NCBI GenBank assembly: GCA_030697445.1
Contig: JAUYPY010000030.1
Coordinates: forward strand, 1 to 41,745
Source of the DNA: a bacterium
GTDB taxonomy: Bacteria > Patescibacteriota > Minisyncoccia > Phycocordibacterales > UBA10002
Reading direction: 5' to 3'
Length of the DNA: 41,745 nt
Shown: positions 7,705 through 16,640 of the stretch, one piece after another
Layout of the letters: each line of letters begins with the position of its first letter
Position numbering within the stretch: the stretch's first letter is position 1
Position numbers and translations under genes: made by a program
The notes under the pieces: generated by a model
What the model was told of the DNA's origin: nothing
Databases searched by the model: none
Seen by the model: only the letters and a program-made list of their open reading frames with translations

Positions 7705-9065
7705 TTTACAATTTTCACAAACTGCGCTCCCCTATCATACTCGTTCTTGAACCATTTTCCGAATGAGGCGAAGGAGGGAGAAAAGAGAATAAGGTCGCCC
7801 TTTTTTGCAATTTTCATCGCTTCTTCAACGCATTCTTTCAGAGTTTCTTTTTTAAAAATTGGAAATTGATTGGAAATTGGAAATTGGAAATTGATAATTA
7901 GTTTTTCTGTACCAGATTCCTTCAGAAAAACTACTGCCTTGCAGTGATTCGGAATCTCTGCGACCAATTTACTCATATCAAGTCCTTTATCCGTGCCGCC
8001 ACAGATTAAAACAATATCCTTACCTAGCGCGCGAAGCGCAGCGATGGTCGCATCTGGCGTTGTTGCATTGGTGTCGTTGTAGATTTTGATACCGCGCACT
8101 GTCCGAAGATATTCCAATCGTCCCGAAATGCCTTTGAATAATTCAACCGCTTTCCGAATCGCCAGCTCGGGGATTTTGAAGTGCCGCGCCGCGGCAATCG
8201 CGCAAGCGATATTTTCGCGATTATGTTCACCGAGTAGTTTGCTCTCCCATTCTTTTGGAACATCAACAGAACGAGCAACGATTTTCTTTTGTGAAGAAAC
8301 AAACAGTGAAGCTTGTTCACCCACTACCAACACATCATTCTTTTTCTGATACTTAAATATCGCCGTTTTGTCTGCAAAGTATTTCTCGCGGCTTGCCGTG
8401 AGCGAAGTCGAACGGTAATACGAAAGATGGTCGTCAAGAAAAGTTGTAAATACCGCAACCTGCGGAGAGATTTTTGCATCGTGAAATCCTTGCAACTGCC
8501 ATGAGTCCAGTTCAAGTACGACAATATCGCCAGATTTTACTTTCTTAAGCAACGGTAGTGTGGCTTCTGGAACAAGGTTGCCGGCTTTGAATACAGAACC
8601 CACCACCCCGCCTTCGGCACCCCTCCTCAACCGAGGAGGGGATGAAGAAAGAATTTCATAAATAAGTGCAGTGGTAGTGGATTTTCCGCGTGTACCCGTT
8701 ACACCGACCAGAAGTACTCCTTTCGGCATCAGTTTCGCGAAGAGTGATGCATCCATCTCAATCGGGATTTTGTTTTTTCGCGCTTCGGCGATATATGGTG
8801 AATCAAGTGGCACTCCTGCAGCTTTCAAAATAAAATCTCGATTTCTGAAATCTTCCAATTTATGTTCGCCGAGCGTGTAGCGTATATTTTTATATTTCCG
8901 GAGCTTTTTAAGCGACGACCCGAGCGCAGTCGAAGGTTTTAAATCAGTCACAATAAGTTCCGCTCCATGTTCGGCAAGAAAAACCGCATCGCCTATGCCG
9001 CGCCCTAAAAGCCCGAGCCCCATAAGCGTTACTTTTTTGCCTCTGAAAAATCGCTTCCAGTCCAT
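7692..9065 (-). CDS. murD: UDP-N-acetylmuramoylalanine--D-glutamate ligase
   Basis: 457 aa. GLGLLGRG, VTGTRGKSTTT and C-terminal FSPSFASFGKWFKNEYDRG motifs. 13-nt overlap with murC. Confidence 0.9.
   Translation of the reverse strand: MDWKRFFRGKKVTLMGLGLLGRGIGDAVFLAEHGAELIVTDLKPSTALGSSLKKLRKYKNIRYTLGEHKLEDFRNRDFILKAAGVPLDSPYIAEARKNKIPIEMDASLFAKLMPKGVLLVGVTGTRGKSTTTALIYEILSSSPPRLRRGAEGGVVGSVFKAGNLVPEATLPLLKKVKSGDIVVLELDSWQLQGFHDAKISPQVAVFTTFLDDHLSYYRSTSLTASREKYFADKTAIFKYQKKNDVLVVGEQASLFVSSQKKIVARSVDVPKEWESKLLGEHNRENIACAIAAARHFKIPELAIRKAVELFKGISGRLEYLRTVRGIKIYNDTNATTPDATIAALRALGKDIVLICGGTDKGLDMSKLVAEIPNHCKAVVFLKESGTEKLIINFQFPISNQFPIFKKETLKECVEEAMKIAKKGDLILFSPSFASFGKWFKNEYDRGAQFVKIVKCLK
7854..7898 (-). 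repeat. heptanucleotide tandem repeat (TGGAAAT) inside murD
   Basis: Three perfect units at 7871-7891 with degenerate flanking units. Encodes INFQFPISNQFPIF in frame. Confidence 0.8.
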
Positions 9066-9103
9066 AAGAAATCACACTAACAAAAAAACTAGAAAATAGA
9101 AAA

Positions 9104-9132
9104 CCCCCTCACTTGTCGGACAAGTGAGGGGG
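9104..9132 (-). terminator. intrinsic terminator after the 9152-9595 ORF
   Basis: Arms ccccctcacttgtc and gacaagtgaggggg. On the minus strand the hairpin is followed by TTTTCTATTTT. Confidence 0.7.
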
Positions 9133-9151
9133 TCGCGATTGCGAACAATTA

Positions 9152-9595
9152 TTATGCCGCAACCAACTGTCGGTCTGGTCGGCGGGTCGTCGTCCCCGCC
9201 CGGCGACCATTCGTGGAGCGCGCGAGGGCTTCCAGTTCCGCGTCCAAATCAATTTTTGGTACGGAAACAGAAGGCAGGAAGGAAGCGGTGGCAGGTGTCC
9301 ATGTCTTCAACTGCCCACACGCCTCATCGTACTCCGCCATTGTTCCCCACAACCACAATCCATCACGAGGCACAAAAACAACTTTTTGGCCTTGGTGAAT
9401 TGTTTGATTCTGGCCGGTCGCAAACACAATCCCGCCGGGAGCAGCCTCAACGCGTCGCAACTGACTCCAAAAGAGGCGTATTTCTTGACCTCCAGTCCCG
9501 TTTAGCACTGGGTCTGGCTGAACAAATGCCCATGTGCGACAACGTTGAACAACTCTGCCTGTTTTTACTGTCTCCTGCCGAATAGCAGTTTTCAT
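9152..9595 (-). CDS. hypothetical protein (147 aa), locally GC-rich
   Basis: Chosen over the overlapping plus-strand ORF. It has a correctly oriented terminator downstream and a TTGACT-N16-TATACT promoter upstream. No family recognised. Confidence 0.5.
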   Translation of the reverse strand: MKTAIRQETVKTGRVVQRCRTWAFVQPDPVLNGTGGQEIRLFWSQLRRVEAAPGGIVFATGQNQTIHQGQKVVFVPRDGLWLWGTMAEYDEACGQLKTWTPATASFLPSVSVPKIDLDAELEALARSTNGRRAGTTTRRPDRQLVAA

Positions 9596-9705
9596 AATTT
9601 AATGAACAAAAATACTTTCCGTAACAAAGGGCGCAACCGCGCACTCGTTTTCGCATATTCCAATATGCAAAAACGCTTCAGGAAAGCATTTACTGTCTGT
9701 GTGCC

Positions 9706-9733
9706 AGTATAGCACACCCCATATAAAAGTCAA
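9706..9733 (-). promoter_or_regulatory. sigma70-type promoter (TTGACT-N16-TATACT) with ~100-nt structured leader
   Basis: On the minus strand, TTGACT is at 9733-9728 and TATACT at 9711-9706. The leader contains the hairpin CGTTTTTGCATAT/ATATGCGAAAACG. Confidence 0.5.
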
Positions 9734-9815
9734 TGGGCACGGAGAGACTCGAACTCTCAACCCTTTCGGGATACGGTTCTGAGCCGTACGCGTATACCAA
9801 TTCCGCCACGTGCCC
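9734..9815 (-). tRNA. tRNA-Leu (anticodon CAG), class II long variable arm, no encoded CCA
   Basis: Minus strand: GGGCACGTGGCGGAATTGGTATACGCGTACGGCTCAGAACCGTATCCCGAAAGGGTTGAGAGTTCGAGTCTCTCCGTGCCCA. Anticodon loop CTCAGAA. Confidence 0.9.
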
Positions 9816-9825
9816 GTTTACCAAA

Positions 9826-9898
9826 TGCGCGCACTAGGATTCGAACCTAGGACCCCATCAGTATCAGTGATGTGCTCTACCAACTGAGCTATGCGCGC
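9826..9898 (-). tRNA. tRNA-Ile (anticodon GAT)
   Basis: Minus strand: GCGCGCATAGCTCAGTTGGTAGAGCACATCACTGATACTGATGGGGTCCTAGGTTCGAATCCTAGTGCGCGCA. Anticodon loop CTGATAC. Confidence 0.9.
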
Positions 9899-9932
9899 GA
9901 CATACACGACTATACCAAAAAAACCGCATAAG

Positions 9933-9971
9933 AAAAAGCGCCCGTGATGTTTCTGCATCTGGGCGCTTTTT
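9933..9971 (-). terminator. terminator-like hairpin between 16S and tRNA-Ile
   Basis: Arms aaaaagcgccc and gggcgcttttt. On the minus strand the hairpin is followed by TTTTTCTTATGCGGTTTTTTT, then a TATAGT box just before tRNA-Ile. Confidence 0.55.
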
Positions 9972-10130
9972 CTTTTTTATCCTCCTTTTTGTTCCGTTCG
10001 TTTTTGCCGGTCTTCCCCGACTTCCATTCCGTTTTAGGTTTCGGAAAAACCCATGCTCCGCTTGTGACGGAATATGATCGACCTGTCAGTCCTTCATCTT
10101 TGAAAAAACAAATATGAAAAACGATTTTCA

Positions 10131-11650
<1,520 letters not shown>

Positions 11651-11878
11651 AAATCTGTCCACAAAAAATTTGTAAAACAAATTTTGAACGGAACAAAAAG
11701 GAAGATTAGAATTTAATTTCGCTCTTTGGAATCAAAATACTTAATCACTAGGAATTTACTTTACTTGCACTTAACCCCGACAACCCGTCGGGATGTTCTC
11801 AATACTACTTCTTCAATTTTCAACGAACGCGCCCCTTCACAGGGCGTATCTGACAGTATATAGATACCGTAAAACAAG

Positions 11879-12781
11879 TCAACCCCGTGCCTGCCACTTC
11901 TCCACCGTAACCAAGAGCGGGCTCGCGATGCAGATGGAGGAATAGGTGCCGGCGATGATGCCGATAATGAGCGCGAGGGAAAAATACTGCGTAGAAACTG
12001 GACCAATGAAATACAGAACCACTAGCGCGATAATTGTGGTAAGCGAAGTGTTGATGGAGCGGCCCATCGTGGCGGCGACACTTTCTCCAACCACTGTTTC
12101 AAATGACTTGTTCTGGTTGAGTGTTTTGTTCATTCGCAAATGCTCGCGCACGCGGTCAAACACCACAATCGTGTCATGCACCGAAAATCCAAGTACGACG
12201 AGAAGCGCAGTTACAAACAGCGTATCCAATTCCACTCCAGCACTATGTCCGAGGTATGCAAACACACCGACCGGAATCAAGACATCATGCAAAAGCGCCA
12301 CAATCGTAATCACGCCATATTTCCACGACGACACGGGCTCCGACACTTTCCGAAACGCAAAGGTTATGAAAAGAACGATGCAGATAATCACGAGAGCAAT
12401 CGCCAAAAGCGACTTCAGCGCCGCTTCGCGGCCAAGCAAAGGCCCGATAGAATCAAAACGAACTTCGGTTGCCGCGTGCGCGCCGCCAAATGAAAGCTCA
12501 GTCAAAAGTGCACGATGCTCATCATCTGTAAGCTCGCGCAGGCGAATAATAAAACCACTCTCGCCAACGGAGCGCACCGATGCATATGCGTCAATCGGTG
12601 CAAGCACTTTCTCTATGTCCGTCTTTTCGGGCATACCGCTTGAATAATTAACTTCCAACAGCGCCCCGCCCTTAAAATCAATGCCGAGGTTCAGACCCCA
12701 CAACGCGAGCGCGGCTAGAGACGCGACAACGAGAATGCCGGAGACGATATAAAAGAATTTTCGGTGTGTTATGACAAACAT
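11879..12781 (-). CDS. secF: protein translocase subunit SecF
   Basis: 300 aa. LGIDFKGG, a multi-TM C-terminal half, and position immediately after secD. Confidence 0.9.
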   Translation of the reverse strand: MFVITHRKFFYIVSGILVVASLAALALWGLNLGIDFKGGALLEVNYSSGMPEKTDIEKVLAPIDAYASVRSVGESGFIIRLRELTDDEHRALLTELSFGGAHAATEVRFDSIGPLLGREAALKSLLAIALVIICIVLFITFAFRKVSEPVSSWKYGVITIVALLHDVLIPVGVFAYLGHSAGVELDTLFVTALLVVLGFSVHDTIVVFDRVREHLRMNKTLNQNKSFETVVGESVAATMGRSINTSLTTIIALVVLYFIGPVSTQYFSLALIIGIIAGTYSSICIASPLLVTVEKWQARG

Positions 12782-12786
12782 ATATT

Positions 12787-14106
12787 TTATTTAATTCCGC
12801 TTCCGAACAAAAACCGCGCGACGCTCCCGTTACTTTGCGTACCGAGTGCATACAAAAACATTCGCGATGCGGTGATTGCAGTGAACATACTTACGACGAC
12901 ACCGAATCCGAACACGAGCGCGAACCCGCGCACCACGGGCGTTGCGGCAAAGTAATACAAGATAATAGCCGTGATGATGCTAGAGGTATTCGAATCGCGA
13001 ATAGAAGGCCACGCGCGCGCAAAACCTTCTTTCAGCGCATCGGTAACTACTTTTCCTTTTCGCAATTCTTCTTTGAGCCGGGCGAAAATAAGAATGTTTG
13101 CATCTACCGCCATACCCATAGAGAGCACAAACCCAGCAATACCCGCCGCCGTGAGCGTTACCGGAATCAACTTAAAAATCGCGAGGTTCAGCGCCACATA
13201 CGCACCGAGCGCGAGAGTTGCGAGAAGACCGGGCAAGCGATACCACAGCACCAAAAACGCGGCGATAATGGCAAATGCCCATAGCCCCGCGCGCACGCCG
13301 GCAGCAACCGCTTCAGTGCCAAGCGATGCACCAATGGTCTGCACCGATGCAAGCGCGACCGGCACCGGAAGCGCGCCGTAATTTAGGTCGCGCACAAGCG
13401 TGCGCGCTTCTTCAATTTTAAAGTCGCCGGAAATCTCGGTACTGCCGCTTGCAATCTCTTCGCGAATCACCGGAAGTGAAATTGGCGTGCCGTCCAAGAA
13501 AATGCCAAGCGTCTTCCCCACATTTTCTTTGGTTAATTTTGCAAAAAGTTTCTCGCCTTCGCTCAGCCACGCGAGCACGACAACCGGCTCGCCTGTTGTC
13601 TGGTTGAACGAAATCGTGGCGCGGCTTACGAGCCGCCCCGTGAGCCCCGTGTCTGTAAAAAGCTCATCCGCTGTTTTCTTTTTAATTTCTTCTTCCGAAA
13701 ATCCAGACACATCTTTCATCAACTTAAACTCCAAAAGCGGGGTCTTGCCGATTTGCGCCGCTGCCTCCTTAACGTCCGTAATTCCCGGCAATTCCACAAT
13801 CAAACGATTCTCACCGGCGCCGAAGGCGCCGCCGCGCTCAACTTGCACAATTGGCTCAGATACGCCGAATAGGTTCACGCGCCGCTCCACCACATCGCGG
13901 AGCGACTTCATTGCGTTCGTTACTTCTCCAACGGGCACTGACTTGGTATCGGCGCGATACACAAGGTGCGCTCCGCTCTTCAAATCAAGCCCGAGACGGA
14001 ACGCAAACCGCCCGCCGCTCATTTCACTTTTATACACAAAAAACCCGACCAACGAGGCCGCAACAAAAATCACTATGGCGATTATTCTATGTTTCCACAT
14101 TACCAC
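12787..14106 (-). CDS. secD: protein translocase subunit SecD
   Basis: 439 aa. LGLDLKGG, periplasmic domain, and C-terminal TM bundle with DANILIFARLKEE. Confidence 0.9.
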   Translation of the reverse strand: MVMWKHRIIAIVIFVAASLVGFFVYKSEMSGGRFAFRLGLDLKSGAHLVYRADTKSVPVGEVTNAMKSLRDVVERRVNLFGVSEPIVQVERGGAFGAGENRLIVELPGITDVKEAAAQIGKTPLLEFKLMKDVSGFSEEEIKKKTADELFTDTGLTGRLVSRATISFNQTTGEPVVVLAWLSEGEKLFAKLTKENVGKTLGIFLDGTPISLPVIREEIASGSTEISGDFKIEEARTLVRDLNYGALPVPVALASVQTIGASLGTEAVAAGVRAGLWAFAIIAAFLVLWYRLPGLLATLALGAYVALNLAIFKLIPVTLTAAGIAGFVLSMGMAVDANILIFARLKEELRKGKVVTDALKEGFARAWPSIRDSNTSSIITAIILYYFAATPVVRGFALVFGFGVVVSMFTAITASRMFLYALGTQSNGSVARFLFGSGIK

Positions 14107-14152
14107 CGCATACTAGCGAAACCGCTCAAAAGAATCAAGAAATCAAAAGAAA

Positions 14153-14212
14153 TCAGCCGCTGCATGAAAGTTTAGTCATTACGACTATACCCTTTCACAC
14201 AAACGGCTGCTT
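14153..14212 (-). terminator. long imperfect hairpin followed by a U-rich tract, upstream of secD
   Basis: Nested pairs CAGCCG/CGGCTG, TGAAAG/CTTTCA and AGTC/GACT. On the minus strand the hairpin is followed by ATTTCTTTTGATTTCTT. Confidence 0.45.
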
Positions 14213-14316
14213 ATTCTTGCAATGGTGCGTGGCCTGTCACCGGACCCTGTGATTATCTCGACAGGATCGTATGTTGGTGGCTTTCGGCTTTCGCCTGTGG
14301 TCTCACGCCTCTCCGG

Positions 14317-14454
14317 TTATAACCCATAGTCGGTTTGTCCCGGTCTGGCTACAAAACCAACTATGGTTTTTTGTTCGCAAGAATTTTCTTTTGAGATGGG
14401 AAATTCGTCATCCTCCGCCTCAAAGAAATAATCTTCGCAGGTGTGCTTGAACAT
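14317..14454 (-). CDS. small acidic protein (45 aa), not in the ORF track
   Basis: My translation: MFKHTCEDYFFEAEDDEFPISKENSCEQKTIVGFVARPGQTDYGL*. AAAGGGGGTGA lies 5 nt upstream of the ATG, and a consensus-like promoter lies further upstream. Confidence 0.45.
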   Translation of the reverse strand: MFKHTCEDYFFEAEDDEFPISKENSCEQKTIVGFVARPGQTDYGL

Positions 14455-14479
14455 TCAAATCACCCCCTTTCTAAAATAG

Positions 14480-14508
14480 AGCATAACATACCCCATTCTA
14501 GAAGTCAA
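14480..14508 (-). promoter_or_regulatory. sigma70-type promoter (TTGACT-N17-TATGCT)
   Basis: On the minus strand, TTGACT is at 14508-14503 and TATGCT at 14485-14480. Confidence 0.55.
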
Positions 14509-14566
14509 TCCCCCCGTAATGTAGCAGTGGGTGGAATTGTCAAAAAACCCTTGTTTTGAGCCATAA

Positions 14567-14660
14567 AATCAAACTCCGCTCCTTGAAAGCAGAACCTTAA
14601 TCGTCTTCAGCGCAATTTTTACATCCAAAAAGAACGAGTGGTTTTTGATGTAGTACAAAT
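14567..14660. repeat. 94-bp direct repeat, copy A (orphan copy of the sugar-transferase 3' end)
   Basis: Identical base for base to 15250-15343: aatcaaactccgctccttgaaagcagaacc...gatgtagtacaaat. Confidence 0.95.
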
Positions 14661-14670
14661 AAAATGAAAT

Positions 14671-14934
14671 TTATTCTTTCACAGAATACTGATGAATGAG
14701 CGAACTGATAAAGGTTTGGTACGGAAGACCTTTTCCAGCGGCAACTGCTTTAATTTTGCTCAATGCCTTCTGCGATAAACGAATATTGATAGTACGAGGT
14801 TTGCTGAGTGTAAAGTTTGCATATTCCTTATAACGGCGTACTTCTTTTTGCGCACCCTTAACACGCTTGAGTTTTCCCGACTCAAATCTCATGAGGATGT
14901 TTTTTTCATCTTTGGTTAATATGCTTTTGTTCAT
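14671..14934 (-). CDS. brnA: BrnA-family antitoxin (RHH/CopG-like)
   Basis: 87 aa. RTINIRLSQKALSKIKAVAAGKGLPYQTFISSLIHQY matches the BrnA pattern. 4-nt overlap with brnT. Confidence 0.75.
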   Translation of the reverse strand: MNKSILTKDEKNILMRFESGKLKRVKGAQKEVRRYKEYANFTLSKPRTINIRLSQKALSKIKAVAAGKGLPYQTFISSLIHQYSVKE

Positions 14935-15209
14935 ATGTTTTTTTGAATATATTTCTTCGTCGCTTTTCTGCTTGGGATAATCGTCTTTAAAAAGATTTTC
15001 TCTTCATCTTCTGCGAAAGGAACAAGATAGACATAGTCATGCAGACGAATAACAAACAATTTCTGGTTTGGGTATCTTTTCTCGTTGGGATGCTGAACGA
15101 TATCAAGTATGTCTCCTTCTTCAATCGCTATGAGTATTTCTTCAAAACCAACTCCTCGTTCCTGTTTGAGCAAATCATTCTTCTCCAAATCCCAATCGAA
15201 ATACTTCAT
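14931..15209 (-). CDS. brnT: BrnT-family (DUF497) ribonuclease toxin
   Basis: From the ATG at 15209: MKYFDWDLEKNDLLKQERGVGFEEI...KTIIPSRKATKKY. This matches the DUF497 pattern FEWDxxKNxxNxxKHGVSFEEA...IISARKATKKE. Confidence 0.75.
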   Translation of the reverse strand: MKYFDWDLEKNDLLKQERGVGFEEILIAIEEGDILDIVQHPNEKRYPNQKLFVIRLHDYVYLVPFAEDEEKIFLKTIIPSRKATKKYIQKNI

Positions 15210-15249
15210 ATATACATTGTATACGAAACACGCACCAGTTGTCAATGTG

Positions 15250-15343
15250 AATCAAACTCCGCTCCTTGAAAGCAGAACCTTAATCGTCTTCAGCGCAATT
15301 TTTACATCCAAAAAGAACGAGTGGTTTTTGATGTAGTACAAAT
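15250..15343. repeat. 94-bp direct repeat, copy B (functional 3' end of the sugar-transferase gene)
   Basis: Identical to 14567-14660. Encodes the last ~30 codons and the stop of the 15252-16586 ORF. Confidence 0.95.
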
Positions 15344-16586
15344 CGTATGAGAGCTTCACTTTTGTTTCCGACACATTCGCACGGTAGTGCGGATGGTTCT
15401 CGTGATACAACTGTGCCCAGCCGGAAAGCCCGGGTTTGATGAGGTGTCGGATGTTGTAATACGGAATCTCTTTTTCATAGAGGCGCACAAGTTCGGGAAG
15501 TTCGGGTCGCGGCCCGATAAGCGAGAGGTCGCCGCGCAAGACATTCCAAAGTTGCGGTAATTCGTCTATGCGCGTCTTGCGCAAGACCTTCCCGACGCGC
15601 GTAATTTCCGCAGGGCCTCCTCCCGATGCAACGCACATACTGCGGAACTTCAAGGTCTTAATAACTTTTCCACCCTTCCCTATCCGCTCCTGCATAATGA
15701 AAAATGGGCGGCCGTTTTCTAAAAGCATGGCAAGAAATACTATAGGGTACAAAAGAAGTGACAACGCGCCAAGCGCGCCGGCAATTGCGATGTCCATTAG
15801 GCGTTTCAGCGTATCGTAAGTAATATTCGGCGCGGTGGATACATTTTCCAAAAACCAGTTGTAGCGCACGAGGGAAAGCGGAATCCGATTGAACATTTCT
15901 TCGTAGATTTTGTGCATATCTATGAAGCGCACGCCGGAAAAGATAAGGTTGTACAGGTGTGGAAGCACCGGCAAGATTTTGTCGCTCCGCAAATCAACGA
16001 CAATGAGGTAGATTCCTTCTGTATAGACGCGCTTCACAATCTCTTCTTTGAAATCCATACTACCGAGGTCTTTCGCATCAACAGAAGAAACGAATGAAAT
16101 GTTATAGTGCCAGTTGTTGTTTACTTCAGTAATGAGCTCTTTCAATTCTTCGCCTTCGCCGATCGCAATCGCCTTTTCGCGCTTCCACGGCGAAAGCATG
16201 GCGCTCCCGTAAATACGCCACAGGAGCATCAGCGGAAACGAAATAATGAGATACAAAAACAAGCTGCCTTTCGGCGTAATCTCAAATACCGGAAGAAAAT
16301 AAAAAAAGACGACCGCGAGTATGCTGTTTAAGAGGAGTGTGTTGAACAGCAAGTGCGGCAGGCGATGGCGTAAAATGACGGTCTGCTTTTCGTAAAGACC
16401 GGCGATGAAAAATACGACAATCCAGAGTATGAACAAAAAAAGAAACGGAAAGAGGTGCTCGGCAAAAAGGCCGCGCTCTGGAAGCGCGGCATAGCGAAAA
16501 AAGAGCGTCAACCACAAGCTCGCAGCAAAAACGAGAATGTCGCCCAAAAGGAGCGCAATGTGTTCCCGACTATTGAAGATATTCAT
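15252..16586 (-). CDS. polyprenyl-phosphate glycosyl-phosphotransferase (bacterial sugar transferase, WbaP/EpsL-like)
   Basis: 444 aa. N-terminal TM segments. C-terminal catalytic domain with RPFFIMQERIGKGGK, DELPQLWNVLRGDLSLIGPRP and PGLSGWAQ. Confidence 0.85.
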   Translation of the reverse strand: MNIFNSREHIALLLGDILVFAASLWLTLFFRYAALPERGLFAEHLFPFLFLFILWIVVFFIAGLYEKQTVILRHRLPHLLFNTLLLNSILAVVFFYFLPVFEITPKGSLFLYLIISFPLMLLWRIYGSAMLSPWKREKAIAIGEGEELKELITEVNNNWHYNISFVSSVDAKDLGSMDFKEEIVKRVYTEGIYLIVVDLRSDKILPVLPHLYNLIFSGVRFIDMHKIYEEMFNRIPLSLVRYNWFLENVSTAPNITYDTLKRLMDIAIAGALGALSLLLYPIVFLAMLLENGRPFFIMQERIGKGGKVIKTLKFRSMCVASGGGPAEITRVGKVLRKTRIDELPQLWNVLRGDLSLIGPRPELPELVRLYEKEIPYYNIRHLIKPGLSGWAQLYHENHPHYRANVSETKVKLSYDLYYIKNHSFFLDVKIALKTIKVLLSRSGV

Positions 16587-16640
16587 ATAACGATGGTTCG
16601 ATTACGCTAACCACGAGAGGTAGTATAATTAAAAAACCCA

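Noticed and set aside
7854-7898. Possible CRISPR array or other spacer-repeat structure
   Set aside because: It is only a 7-nt microsatellite. No repeat-spacer periodicity of CRISPR size occurs anywhere in the window.
9124-9585. 153-aa plus-strand ORF overlapping the 9152-9595 minus ORF
   Set aside because: Its sequence is Pro/Ser/Arg-rich and junk-like. The promoter and the terminator in this interval are both oriented for the minus strand.
14150-14370. Possible SRP RNA, tmRNA, RNase P RNA or 6S RNA in the secD-upstream gap
   Set aside because: A partial resemblance (AAGCAGCC and CAGGGTCCGG on the minus strand) does not give the GGAA-tetraloop helix 8 of SRP RNA. No tmRNA or RNase P signature sequences were found. 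I left it as an unassigned structured region.
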